Of a stretch of 64,000 nt of DNA, positions 20,168-28,791 are shown piece by piece. A program made the translations under genes and the position numbers. Source of the stretch: an uncultured Verrucomicrobiae bacterium. GTDB lineage: Bacteria; Verrucomicrobiota; Verrucomicrobiia; Chthoniobacterales; UBA10450. A model generated the notes under the pieces. It worked only from the letters and a program-made list of their open reading frames with translations, did no database searches and was not told where the DNA came from. The DNA is taken from positions 1,056,001 to 1,120,000 of the forward strand of contig CAVYXA010000001.1 in NCBI GenBank assembly GCA_963772365.1. Direction: 5' to 3'. Numbering within the stretch: the first letter of the stretch is position 1; each line of letters begins with the position of its first letter.

Positions 20168-21412
20168 GTGAAGGCGAAACGCATCGAAGTGAAAGAGGGA
20201 AGCGTTTCTGTTCCCATTTACAGGTTTTCTGACGGCAGATTTTGCGTCGACACCCTCGTTGGAAAAAAGCGCCGGCGAATCACCCGCGCCTCACTCGACG
20301 CGGCCAAGATCGAAGCGCGGAAGCTGATCGCGCAGATTGCTTCGGGCCGCGCCCATGAGGAGCGAATGACGCTCGCAGAAGTCGAGGATTACCGCCTCGC
20401 GAAGAACAAGGTGGCTCCATTCGGAATGTCACTGCTCAGCGCTGTGGAGGAATGGATCGCGGGACGGGGCAAGACGCAGCGCATCATCTCCAAAACGGTT
20501 GCCGAAGTTGTCGAGGAGTTCCTTACCTCGAAGCGGGTGGAGGGCGTGAGTTTTTTCCATTTGGAAGATCGGAAATATCGGATGAACAAATTCGCCGCTG
20601 CATTTCCCGGCCGTATCGATCAAATCAGCACGCACGAAATCGAGGTTTGGCTGAATGGCCTCGGAATCAGCGGGCGCACACGCAACAACTACCGCAACGC
20701 AGTCCTTCAGCTTTTCCGCCACGCGCGGGGCAAGCGCTACCTGCCGCGGAACGAGCCCACCGCTGTCGAAGACGTGGCATCAGCAAATACGGGCGAGGGC
20801 GCGATTGAAATCTATACGTCGCAAGAGCTGCGGTTGCTCCTCTCAAATGCTCCGGCGAAACTACTGCCGTTTTTTGCGATCGGCGCGTTCGCCGGTCTGC
20901 GGAGTCAGGAAATCATGCGGCTCGATTGGAGTGAAATTCGTTTTGAGCAACACTTCATCGAGGTTGCTGCGGCCAAGGCGAAGACAGCCTCACGCCGTCT
21001 TGCGCCGCTGCTGCCCGCCCTCGCGGCTTGGCTGTTGCCGCTGCGCCAGAAGACAGGTCACGTGGTCGGCTACACGCGCAACGACATGCTGTGCGAAGCT
21101 CGGCAGCGGTATTGCAAGAGCGGTATCAAAGTGGAGGACGAGGTTTTTGAATTTAGGTGGAAACCGAACGCGCTTCGGCACAGTTACGCAAGCTATCGAT
21201 TGGCCGACATCAAGGATGCGGCGCGGGTTGCGCTGGAGATGGGTAACTCGCCGGCAATGCTCTTCCGCAATTATCGCGAGCTTGTGACCGAGAAACAAGC
21301 AACAGAGTGGTTTGCTGTCCTCCCCGAAACCAAAGATCGGCAAAACCAACTCCGAAAGAAATCGCGCGACAAGCCGCTTAACTGCGCGATTGGATCAAGA
21401 ACTCCTCCATAA
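20168..21412 (+). CDS. Tyrosine recombinase / integrase
   Basis: AGLRSQEI (catalytic R), KAK, NALRHSYASY, MGNS...RNY (catalytic Y); next to tRNA. Confidence 0.93.
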   Translation: MKAKRIEVKEGSVSVPIYRFSDGRFCVDTLVGKKRRRITRASLDAAKIEARKLIAQIASGRAHEERMTLAEVEDYRLAKNKVAPFGMSLLSAVEEWIAGRGKTQRIISKTVAEVVEEFLTSKRVEGVSFFHLEDRKYRMNKFAAAFPGRIDQISTHEIEVWLNGLGISGRTRNNYRNAVLQLFRHARGKRYLPRNEPTAVEDVASANTGEGAIEIYTSQELRLLLSNAPAKLLPFFAIGAFAGLRSQEIMRLDWSEIRFEQHFIEVAAAKAKTASRRLAPLLPALAAWLLPLRQKTGHVVGYTRNDMLCEARQRYCKSGIKVEDEVFEFRWKPNALRHSYASYRLADIKDAARVALEMGNSPAMLFRNYRELVTEKQATEWFAVLPETKDRQNQLRKKSRDKPLNCAIGSRTPP

Positions 21413-21644
21413 ATACGACGAGTTCTTGAAGGCGGTAGCGCACTAAATGTGAACTGACCTTGCGCGGATGAATATAGCCAAGGCGTACCCACTCCTTGAA
21501 CTGTGATTCGCCGACGGAAAGAAATTTGCACGCGCCTTTCCGATCGACATAGCCACTGAAATCATTGATACGCGAAAGCTGTTTTCCGACAGCTTCGCTG
21601 ACGGCGCGGATCAGCAACTCGTCTTGGATTTCAACGCGCAACAT
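21378..21644 (-). CDS. Excisionase-like helix-turn-helix protein
   Basis: YVDRKGACKFLSVGESQFKEWVRLGYI...VRY, HTH_17-like pattern; convergent with the integrase. Confidence 0.7.
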   Translation of the reverse strand: MLRVEIQDELLIRAVSEAVGKQLSRINDFSGYVDRKGACKFLSVGESQFKEWVRLGYIHPRKVSSHLVRYRLQELVVFMEEFLIQSRS

Positions 21645-21912
21645 GTGCTATCTGTTCGACGCGATTTCCATTTTTCAAACGCGGACAGAAACAACAGAGC
21701 TCAAGCCGCAACCGAGTAATCCTCGAGCGATTTCGATCAGTGAAGATTCCCATGTTTGAGGTTTAACCCAGTGATACTGTCTGCGTGCTCTCATTCTGGC
21801 GCAGCTTTGCTTTCGCTTGGAGCGGTAAACTGCGATATGCCGCCGGAAGGGCAACTTTTGCTGCTGACGAAAATCCTCTGCCCGACTAACGGCTCGCAAT
21901 CGGCGGTCTGTT

Positions 21913-22248
21913 TTGCTAGATTACCTTGGATTGAAAGTGGATTCCAAGAGTTTGGAAGCTGAAGAAACAGGGTCCGGGCATTTGGCCGCTATAGCCCGTC
22001 GCGTTTGCTGGTGGGAACCGGTTGCCTCCACCTTTGAAAATACGCCGCTGTTTCTCTGCCGAATTATGGTGCTGGGAACATGGGAGGACATCTGCATCGC
22101 TCTAGACCATTACGGCAGGGATGCTTTCCGCCAGGCATTACTAAATGCGCCTCCTGGCTTGTTCGATGCCCGTTCCTGGCATTACTGGCACCATCGCTTG
22201 CAGCTTCTGCCTGTTCCATCGTTGCCGCAGCGCGTCATCCCGGCATGA
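21913..22248 (+). CDS. Putative antitoxin partner of the AbiEii-type toxin
   Basis: Small ORF (RIMVLGTWED...RSWHYW) coupled by ATGA overlap to the nucleotidyltransferase; start uncertain. Confidence 0.65.
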   Translation: MLDYLGLKVDSKSLEAEETGSGHLAAIARRVCWWEPVASTFENTPLFLCRIMVLGTWEDICIALDHYGRDAFRQALLNAPPGLFDARSWHYWHHRLQLLPVPSLPQRVIPA

Positions 22249-22940
22249 AGCCACGGCTGGATGTTTTGCCTCCGCAGCAGCGGCGCTTTTGGTCTGAGCT
22301 TTCCCAATTGCCCGAGCATTTCGTTTTATACGGAGGAACAGCGATTGGCTTGCGCCTTGGTGGAAGACAATCCGTTGATTTCGATTTTTTCACGAACCAG
22401 CCCATTTCGGCAGACGCTCTAAGCCGGAGCCTTCCATTTCTTCGCGGAGCGGAACTGATTCAATCCGAGCCGAACACTTCCACTTTTACCGTGCATCATG
22501 AGGGAGAAATCAAAGTCTCATTTTTCGGTGGACTCACCATCGGACGTGTTGCCGATCCCGACCGTTGCGAAGATAATGGAGTTTCCATCGCTTCGCTCCT
22601 CGATCTCGCAGCGCAAAAGGTAAAAGTGATTCTGGCACGCGCGGAGGCAAAGGATTACCTCGACATTTATACGTTGTTAAAAGCCGGCATCACCTTGCCC
22701 AGTGCTCTTGGAGCGGCGAAAGCGCTGTATCCCGAATTCAACCCGGTGCTGTCCCTGAAGGCCCTCGCATACTATGGCGAGCCCGGCCTTGGCGCCATAT
22801 CAGCGGAGATTCGTGAGTTTCTCACGGCGGCAAGCGCAAGAGTGGAATCGGTTGAGACGATTTCTAAAATCGCACCCGGCATCACTCCGTCGAACCGCAA
22901 CACGCGTGTTCAGACGCGAAACAAAAGTATCCAAATTTAA
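22245..22940 (+). CDS. AbiEii/AbiGii-family nucleotidyltransferase toxin
   Basis: LYGGTAIGLRLGGRQSVDFDFF, AAQK...R...KDYLD motifs. Confidence 0.88.
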   Translation: MKPRLDVLPPQQRRFWSELSQLPEHFVLYGGTAIGLRLGGRQSVDFDFFTNQPISADALSRSLPFLRGAELIQSEPNTSTFTVHHEGEIKVSFFGGLTIGRVADPDRCEDNGVSIASLLDLAAQKVKVILARAEAKDYLDIYTLLKAGITLPSALGAAKALYPEFNPVLSLKALAYYGEPGLGAISAEIREFLTAASARVESVETISKIAPGITPSNRNTRVQTRNKSIQI

Positions 22941-23511
22941 TCGCCTTTTTACCCACCATCAAGAATGACGGTTTGCTTATCGGCGAGGCATGACGAAGGA
23001 TCTTCAACCAGTCTTGCCCACGGAAGGAACCGTGGGCTGGGTTAGGAGGGACGCCCTACCCCTTAGCACCGCTAAGGAATTTTTGATTTGCCGCTAACCC
23101 GCTCCCGATCTGAGGAGCAACGCGCCAGACATCGTAGCGCCCACGCAGCGTTCGCCGGACGTTTGTTCGCGCATTCACGCTGCCGGCACCAAGCCATCAC
23201 GCCAAGTTGATGTCGCCGACGGATGGATCTCGAACTGCGGCAAGAAGGGCGCATCGGACCACCTCAGCTGCGCGTTGTTTGCTAGCGTTAACGTGGCGGT
23301 TAAAACCGATATGATCGCGCGTTCCCTCCCGAGGTCGCTGATAAGCCGCAGCAGCGACGAACACCGAACCGACCCGGCTAACGTTCGCACCACGCTGCAG
23401 CGAAATCGCCAGCGGCAGAATCCCGATTGACCTATCCGCAAACTAGCGTTGAAAATCAACCACTCGCTGGTGAATATTCACTATGAAACGGCGGGAATGT
23501 CACACCTCAAA

Positions 23512-23868
23512 TCAATTCTTTGGTGTCGCTGGTTCTGCGGTTTCGGGGATCGCGTCCGGCGGCAAGAACTTTCGCATCTCGTTCAAATCGGATTCAGCTC
23601 CCGGATCCCCAAACTGCTTCGCGCGGAGCATCCAAGTATATGCAAGCTTGTATTGTTTTTTAATGAGAAAATGCCTGCTAAGCCTGGCTGCTGCTGCTGC
23701 ATCGCCATTGTTAGCCGCTGCCGTCGCAGCAGCGAGATCATCTTGCGCTAGCTCGATTGACGATCTGGGACCTAAACGCTCGTGGCTTTTGTAAATGTAA
23801 ACAGCGCCAACGATTAGTGCGACCAGACAAAGGGCCATCGCGCCAGCTTTCGGAATTGAGTTCGTCAC
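23512..23868 (-). CDS. Hypothetical membrane-anchored protein with Sel1-like repeat (immunity-like)
   Basis: N-terminal TM; AANNGDAAAAARL...AYTWMLRAKQFGD. Confidence 0.55.
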   Translation of the reverse strand: MTNSIPKAGAMALCLVALIVGAVYIYKSHERLGPRSSIELAQDDLAAATAAANNGDAAAAARLSRHFLIKKQYKLAYTWMLRAKQFGDPGAESDLNEMRKFLPPDAIPETAEPATPKN

Positions 23869-23922
23869 ATCAGCGCGAACGGTAAACGGGAATGTATGAA
23901 GCGCATGTCGCCGCTTTAATGT

Positions 23923-24285
23923 CTATGGGGTGGAAGCGGGAGACGGTGTCGCCGTCGAAGTCGGTTGTTTGCCGTTGGACTTGCCGAGTTCTTTTAATTT
24001 CTCTACATCAAGACCCAAAGCGTCGAGATATGCTCGACCGCGCTCCGACTCGATTTGATACCACGCAAAGAAAAGAATCAGAATGAAGGACAGCACAAAT
24101 GAGATGAGGTCTTTCCTTCGAGAGCGGTTAGTATTCAAAAGGTAAACGATCGCCCAGACAATTTGGAGGCCGAGAAGGAAGTAGTAGAGTTCTAACGAGA
24201 CACCCGGCCGCAGGTCCGAAATCACTAACCAGTTTGCGCTTAGCAGCAAAGCGCAAGTTACGAGCGGCAGAATTCGCGCCCTCAT
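23923..24285 (-). CDS. Hypothetical 3-TM membrane protein, putative immunity protein
   Basis: Starts 10 nt after the mini-Rhs 3 stop; three hydrophobic segments. Confidence 0.6.
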   Translation of the reverse strand: MRARILPLVTCALLLSANWLVISDLRPGVSLELYYFLLGLQIVWAIVYLLNTNRSRRKDLISFVLSFILILFFAWYQIESERGRAYLDALGLDVEKLKELGKSNGKQPTSTATPSPASTP

Positions 24286-24294
24286 CGGCTTGTA

Positions 24295-25017
24295 TCAATG
24301 CCCAAGGTTTATCCGCCCAAGATACAAACCGCTTCCCGCTAGTTGACCATTAAGAAATGTTTGCATCAGGCCGAGATGAAACCCGTTGTCATAGGCAGCG
24401 ACGCTCCGGTCAGAACCAAGGATCGGCACAGCAGGCAGGTTCAGCGACAAAGTTGTCAATAAATTCCCAGGATTTCGAGAATCTCCTGTGCCACATCCAA
24501 AAAGATCAATTGATGCTCCAGGCGCGAGTTTAGGTCCGATCAAGTCTGGGAAGTTCCCATAATTAACGAGACCATTTGGACCTTCTTCAACAAGCAAAAC
24601 GCTTCCGTTTGATACGACGATTGCACTTGCTGGGTTCGCCGCGTTGTCTATCCCTTGCCCATAACCGCCGATGCCGGTTCCAGCAGGGTCATATAAGCCG
24701 TGTCCACCGTAGAATAAGACGTTTCCAATCGACCCCGGTGCCGCTGCTATAATCGCCTGGTTCAGTCCGGCACCCGTGCTAACGCGAGTGACTCGGCCGT
24801 TTACGTCCCGCAGATAAACGTCCAATCCCAGCGGATCAACTCTGTTGATCGGGTCGTTGAAGCCGTAATGATATAAATTTGTTCCGCCGTCTTCTCCGAT
24901 TGGATCGCGGCTCAACCAGCGTCCGATTGTTGGATCATAACCAGCTTTTGCTTGGATCGACAGCAACATACCGGCGATCAGGGCGATCAATAAAACGGAC
25001 GTAATTTTGGAATTCAT
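24295..25017 (-). CDS. Mini-Rhs 3: signal peptide + Rhs core motif + variable tip
   Basis: MNSK...QAKA|GYDPTIGRWLSRDPIGEDGGTNLYHYGFNDPINRVDPLG; tip has GGHG and LFGCGTG. Confidence 0.85.
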   Translation of the reverse strand: MNSKITSVLLIALIAGMLLSIQAKAGYDPTIGRWLSRDPIGEDGGTNLYHYGFNDPINRVDPLGLDVYLRDVNGRVTRVSTGAGLNQAIIAAAPGSIGNVLFYGGHGLYDPAGTGIGGYGQGIDNAANPASAIVVSNGSVLLVEEGPNGLVNYGNFPDLIGPKLAPGASIDLFGCGTGDSRNPGNLLTTLSLNLPAVPILGSDRSVAAYDNGFHLGLMQTFLNGQLAGSGLYLGRINLGH

Positions 25018-25209
25018 GGTTTCTTGGGGGCGTTGTGATTCTTTTGTTCGACGATATCCCAGTCTACTCCGGGATGCTCCTTAATGGCTCAAATCAGCGC
25101 CAAAACCAATGAAAAATCAACATTCCCACCACGACGGCTACTAGTAATGGCACGATTACGAGCGCGAACAGAGAGAGCAAATCTTTCGGAAAATTCACGA
25201 ACTCGGCGG
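25015..25209. repeat. Cassette leader repeat, copy A
   Basis: About 130 bp near-identical to 26501-26629; 25015-25080 also matches 28789-28855. Confidence 0.9.
25094..25198 (-). CDS. 34-aa hydrophobic peptide (Fst/Ldr-like), copy A
   Basis: GTG...TGA, MNFPKDLLSLFALVIVPLLVAVVVGMLIFHWFWR; frame conserved in the second copy. Confidence 0.55.
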   Translation of the reverse strand: MNFPKDLLSLFALVIVPLLVAVVVGMLIFHWFWR

Positions 25210-25234
25210 TGCCGACGGTCGGCGAGCAAAAACT

Positions 25235-25633
25235 CTACCGAACATGTTTCTCCAACAATCGAACGACCGGTTCGCTGATGCTGCATTGTTGCTTGAGCCA
25301 ACTCAATTGATCACGCGAAATTCGATAATCTTCGTTGCCAGGCATTTCTTTTTCGAAAGACTTATACTTTGGATTTAGGAGAACCCACACCCAACGCTTT
25401 CCATCAGCCGCGGGGATTCCCACGGCACAATACTCATCGCGCCGTTTGATAATCAGATGATCATCAACAGGCGTCGCTCGGCCCTGGACTGACAATGCTT
25501 GGAGGAACGATGCCTCCGGCTTGGAGCCGAGCTCGTCGCTCTGTCTCAACAAGAAAAACAATATCGGAAAGGCCGAAATGGTTACAATTAGTACCACCCA
25601 GAACAGAACACGCTGCCATATCATTAATGGCAC
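25235..25633 (-). CDS. Hypothetical membrane-anchored protein (immunity-like)
   Basis: N-terminal TM, 132 aa, abuts the preceding small ORF. Confidence 0.6.
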   Translation of the reverse strand: MPLMIWQRVLFWVVLIVTISAFPILFFLLRQSDELGSKPEASFLQALSVQGRATPVDDHLIIKRRDEYCAVGIPAADGKRWVWVLLNPKYKSFEKEMPGNEDYRISRDQLSWLKQQCSISEPVVRLLEKHVR

Positions 25634-25771
25634 CTACTCGCTATCCTTTTGCGATTTGCCTTTGTCCCCACCAGTGCCGCTTTCATAACGGGATGACGAA
25701 CTAGGCCAAAAAATGATTGCGACAATCACTCCTGCCGCAATGAGGCCGAATATTATTCCAAGCAAAGTCAT
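25634..25771 (-). CDS. 45-aa single-TM protein, putative immunity for mini-Rhs 2
   Basis: ATG directly after the mini-Rhs 2 TAG: MTLLGIIFGLIAAGVIVAIIFWPSSSSRYESGTGGDKGKSQKDSE; not in the ORF track. Confidence 0.6.
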   Translation of the reverse strand: MTLLGIIFGLIAAGVIVAIIFWPSSSSRYESGTGGDKGKSQKDSE

Positions 25772-26446
25772 CTAAGGCCCAAGAATCAATTGTCCGTCTC
25801 TAATAACGCTTCCGACTTTGCGATACAGCAGATAGCCACCAGTTCCGGTAAGCGTTAAGGCAACTCCTTGGCCACCGATGCCGCTGTTCCAGAAAAAGGC
25901 AGGGATTGTTCCGCGCGAGATTGCAAGGCGCTCCGCAAAGTTCAGACTGGACCACGTGATTCCGTTCTCCACCGCCACGTATTCTCCAAATGCGTTAAAC
26001 GCCCCACGTAACAGCAAAGCTTCGTCAATCTGTAACGCCAAATGACCAATAGCCCTGCTGCGCTGCAAAGTTCGGTCACACGGATCATAGAAACCATGAC
26101 TCGCGAACGGGTCACCGAACGGGTTCAATCCATCCAAACCGGCATATGCACCTTGATCGAAGTCCGCGCCCCGAAAAAATTCCGCGCCTGTTCCTTCGTA
26201 ACCGCGCCCATCAAACCAAGTGCCGGGAATCAGCAGATAATACAGTCCGAGTGGATCAATCCGGTTGACCGGATCATTTTGAACATACGAATAAAGATTC
26301 GTCCCTTGCCGCAGTTCGGCGTTGTTCAGTGGATCGCGACTCAACCAGCGACCGATAGTCGGATCGTATCCGCTGCGAGCAGAATTCGAAATCAGTAAGC
26401 TGGTCAGCAGACCAACGAGAAGGAAACGGGCGTTTTTATGATTCAT
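25772..26446 (-). CDS. Mini-Rhs 2: signal peptide + Rhs core motif + variable tip
   Basis: MNHK...SARS|GYDPTIGRWLSRDPLNNAELRQGTNLYSYVQNDPVNRIDPLG; Gly-rich hydrophobic tip. Confidence 0.85.
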   Translation of the reverse strand: MNHKNARFLLVGLLTSLLISNSARSGYDPTIGRWLSRDPLNNAELRQGTNLYSYVQNDPVNRIDPLGLYYLLIPGTWFDGRGYEGTGAEFFRGADFDQGAYAGLDGLNPFGDPFASHGFYDPCDRTLQRSRAIGHLALQIDEALLLRGAFNAFGEYVAVENGITWSSLNFAERLAISRGTIPAFFWNSGIGGQGVALTLTGTGGYLLYRKVGSVIRDGQLILGP

Positions 26447-26629
26447 GGTCTCTTGGGGGATTTTGTTCACGTGAATCCCAGTTTGTTTCCGGTTTGCTCG
26501 TTAATGTCTCAAATCAGCGCCAAAAACAATGAAAAATCAACATTCCCACCACGGCGGCTACTAGTAATGGCACGATTACCAGCGCGAACAGAGAGAGCAA
26601 ATCTTTCGGAAAATTCACGAACTCGGCGG
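26444..26629. repeat. Cassette leader repeat, copy B
   Basis: Near-identical to copy A over 26501-26629; proximal part degenerate with a deletion. Confidence 0.9.
26514..26618 (-). CDS. 34-aa hydrophobic peptide (Fst/Ldr-like), copy B
   Basis: MNFPKDLLSLFALVIVPLLVAAVVGMLIFHCFWR; 3 nt differences from copy A. Confidence 0.55.
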   Translation of the reverse strand: MNFPKDLLSLFALVIVPLLVAAVVGMLIFHCFWR

Positions 26630-26724
26630 GTACATTGGACGGACGTTTAGCTCCTGCTCTTTCAGCAAGCAGCCTCCCTAATTACCGGATGGATGCTTTC
26701 CAGAGAGAAGCAGCGAACCACATA

Positions 26725-27006
26725 TCATGGCTTCGGACTGCGACCGCTATCAAGCCGCCGCAATTCCATAGAAATCTCATTCAATGCTCCCAAATCTTGG
26801 AATCCCGTATTGACCTCATGGTCAAGCCTCTGTTCGAGATCGCCGGGTAAACGACAACCCTGCGCCTGGTACGTTTTTCGAATGGCTACAATCAGAGCAT
26901 GGTCAGCCTTTGCAATATAATATCAGCTCACAAATAGCCAGACATTTGCGAGCACGGAAGCGGCGACGCATGCGCACAAGACGATGATCAAGATAATTCG
27001 TTTCAT
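26725..27006 (-). pseudogene. Interrupted immunity-like membrane protein
   Basis: MKRIILIIVLCACVAASVLANVWLFVS*YYIAKADH...RSPKP*, with one in-frame TGA at 26923-26925. Confidence 0.5.
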
Positions 27007-27227
27007 TAAGAATGACTAGACTTGAACAAGAAGCCTTCCCTTCGCAAACGGCTTCTCAGTTTACGGAGTCGGAACGCTTCCGGCACCTGTAAATACAGGG
27101 CTAGCGCCGTCTCTCCGATATCCATCAATATAAGGCACAAAGGGATATCCAGTGAGAGCCATCAAACGAAGCATTTCATCTTCGATATCATTTGCCATAA
27201 TGGCGAAGAATCGTCGCCTCAATCGAA

Positions 27228-27806
27228 CTAATCGGAGAAATGATACCACCGTCCCACAATATGCTTGAGCTGATAATGTCGCTCCGGCCGATTCGACGCA
27301 TCGTCACACCCTTTGAACAAGTAGCCCTTGTGGATACGTCCTCCAGCTGAAACAAGAAATTCCACGACGACAGCGCCGTCCGTGCAACGTGTGGCTTCAA
27401 CAGCAAGCACGTTGCGGGGACACTTGATCTTGCTGAGATCAATTTCGACGAACTCCGTGCTTCTCGGAATATCTTGGCTCTTTATGTCCTCCACGGCTCG
27501 CTCGAAATCAGCCAAGTGAGAATTAAACTGGCTGTCACTAAATGATGCTCCAAGGGAGCGAGCAATCCATGGGCTGAACGCAAACACAACGCAAATAACT
27601 GATGGCAATATCCAAAGCGGCGAAGATTTCCTCCAAACGAAGAAACCCAAGACCAGAGTGATCGGCACGGCAAGAATGAGAGAGAAAAATGTCAGGGCGG
27701 CTAACGTTACAAATAAGAAGTTCTGCGTGAGCGTCGCCAGGACGTTGAACGCAAGGCAAGCAGTTCCGATTAGCAAGACCGTTATGTTGCCGATTCGAAT
27801 CGACAT
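27228..27806 (-). CDS. Hypothetical membrane protein (immunity-like)
   Basis: MSIRIGNIT start; 3 TM segments followed by a soluble domain ending GRWYHFSD. Confidence 0.6.
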   Translation of the reverse strand: MSIRIGNITVLLIGTACLAFNVLATLTQNFLFVTLAALTFFSLILAVPITLVLGFFVWRKSSPLWILPSVICVVFAFSPWIARSLGASFSDSQFNSHLADFERAVEDIKSQDIPRSTEFVEIDLSKIKCPRNVLAVEATRCTDGAVVVEFLVSAGGRIHKGYLFKGCDDASNRPERHYQLKHIVGRWYHFSD

Positions 27807-27956
27807 GGATGTGCACGCAGCGAAAGGCGGAATCTTATTTCCCGAAAAACAGCAGGTTGAACCAACGCACGAGGCTAGACTGAGGTGCACCACGAAAGGT
27901 TCGCGAGTCCTTTGAACGCCATTTTGCAGCTATGCGTCGCCTCGTTGATCGCGGAG

Positions 27957-28208
27957 TTACCTCAGTGCGCCAGCTATTTCCACAAGAGTTCGCGCGGAAA
28001 CAAGACCAGCACTGCCAAATAATGCAACCTCCGCCCACGTGAGCATGCGGGGGTTCGACCGCCGGGTTCGAATCACCGCGACTATTGCGACAACTGATGC
28101 TGCCACAACTACACCTGCGATAGCGAGGCATGCCCAAATCTGAACAAAATCAATCACTGAAAGAGCAAGAAGAAGAAGCGCAGCAGAGATACGTATCAAC
28201 TGCTTCAT
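27957..28208 (-). CDS. 83-aa 3-TM protein, putative immunity for mini-Rhs 1
   Basis: Starts 14 nt after the mini-Rhs 1 stop; highly hydrophobic. Confidence 0.6.
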   Translation of the reverse strand: MKQLIRISAALLLLALSVIDFVQIWACLAIAGVVVAASVVAIVAVIRTRRSNPRMLTWAEVALFGSAGLVSARTLVEIAGALR

Positions 28209-28221
28209 GCAGAAGTCGCTT

Positions 28222-28791
28222 TTATCGCAGTGGCCCTGGCAGTGAGCTTGGGATTGCGTCAGGCGGGCCGAAAAGGTCTCTGAAAAAATAGAACATCTCG
28301 CTCGAAAAAGATCGACAGCTAGAATTTGTAAGACGATAAGGACCCTGCTGTCCGACCAAGGCGTTCAATATCGCTAATGCACGTAGGTCCTCCTCTGGGG
28401 AGGTCAATAAGTATGATGAAAAGGACTTAGGCGTAGTGCTTCTAAAGTCATCATAAATTGTGCCGGTTAGGCCATAGCGCCAAGTAAAGCCGCTCGTTAT
28501 GTCCACGCCGAAAGTATACGAACCGAGAACAGCGTTCGGTTTGCCGACGTTGATATTCTCATGGGGACTCCAAGGCGGGCCACCAATCCAGATATCTGTT
28601 CCTTTTGGATCTATCAAATTGACGGGGTCATTTCGCACATATGAATAGAGGTTTGGACCCTGACGAAGTTCGGCATTGTCGATCGGATCGCGACTTAACC
28701 AACGTCCGATAGTCGGATCATAGCCGGCTTGAACTGAATTCACGATCAGAACAGCCGCAGCTAGAGCGAGGAATGACTTTCCAACGTTCAT
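28222..28791 (-). CDS. Mini-Rhs 1: signal peptide + Rhs core motif + variable tip
   Basis: MNVGK...SVQA|GYDPTIGRWLSRDPIDNAELRQGPNLYSYVRNDPVNLIDPKG; tip with PH...YRLTNSSCRSFS; ATGA overlap with the upstream gene. Confidence 0.85.
   Translation of the reverse strand: MNVGKSFLALAAAVLIVNSVQAGYDPTIGRWLSRDPIDNAELRQGPNLYSYVRNDPVNLIDPKGTDIWIGGPPWSPHENINVGKPNAVLGSYTFGVDITSGFTWRYGLTGTIYDDFRSTTPKSFSSYLLTSPEEDLRALAILNALVGQQGPYRLTNSSCRSFSSEMFYFFRDLFGPPDAIPSSLPGPLR

Noticed and set aside
26923..26925. Selenocysteine or recoded TGA
   Set aside because: No redox motif context or evident SECIS, and TGA is used as a normal stop throughout; a nonsense mutation is simpler
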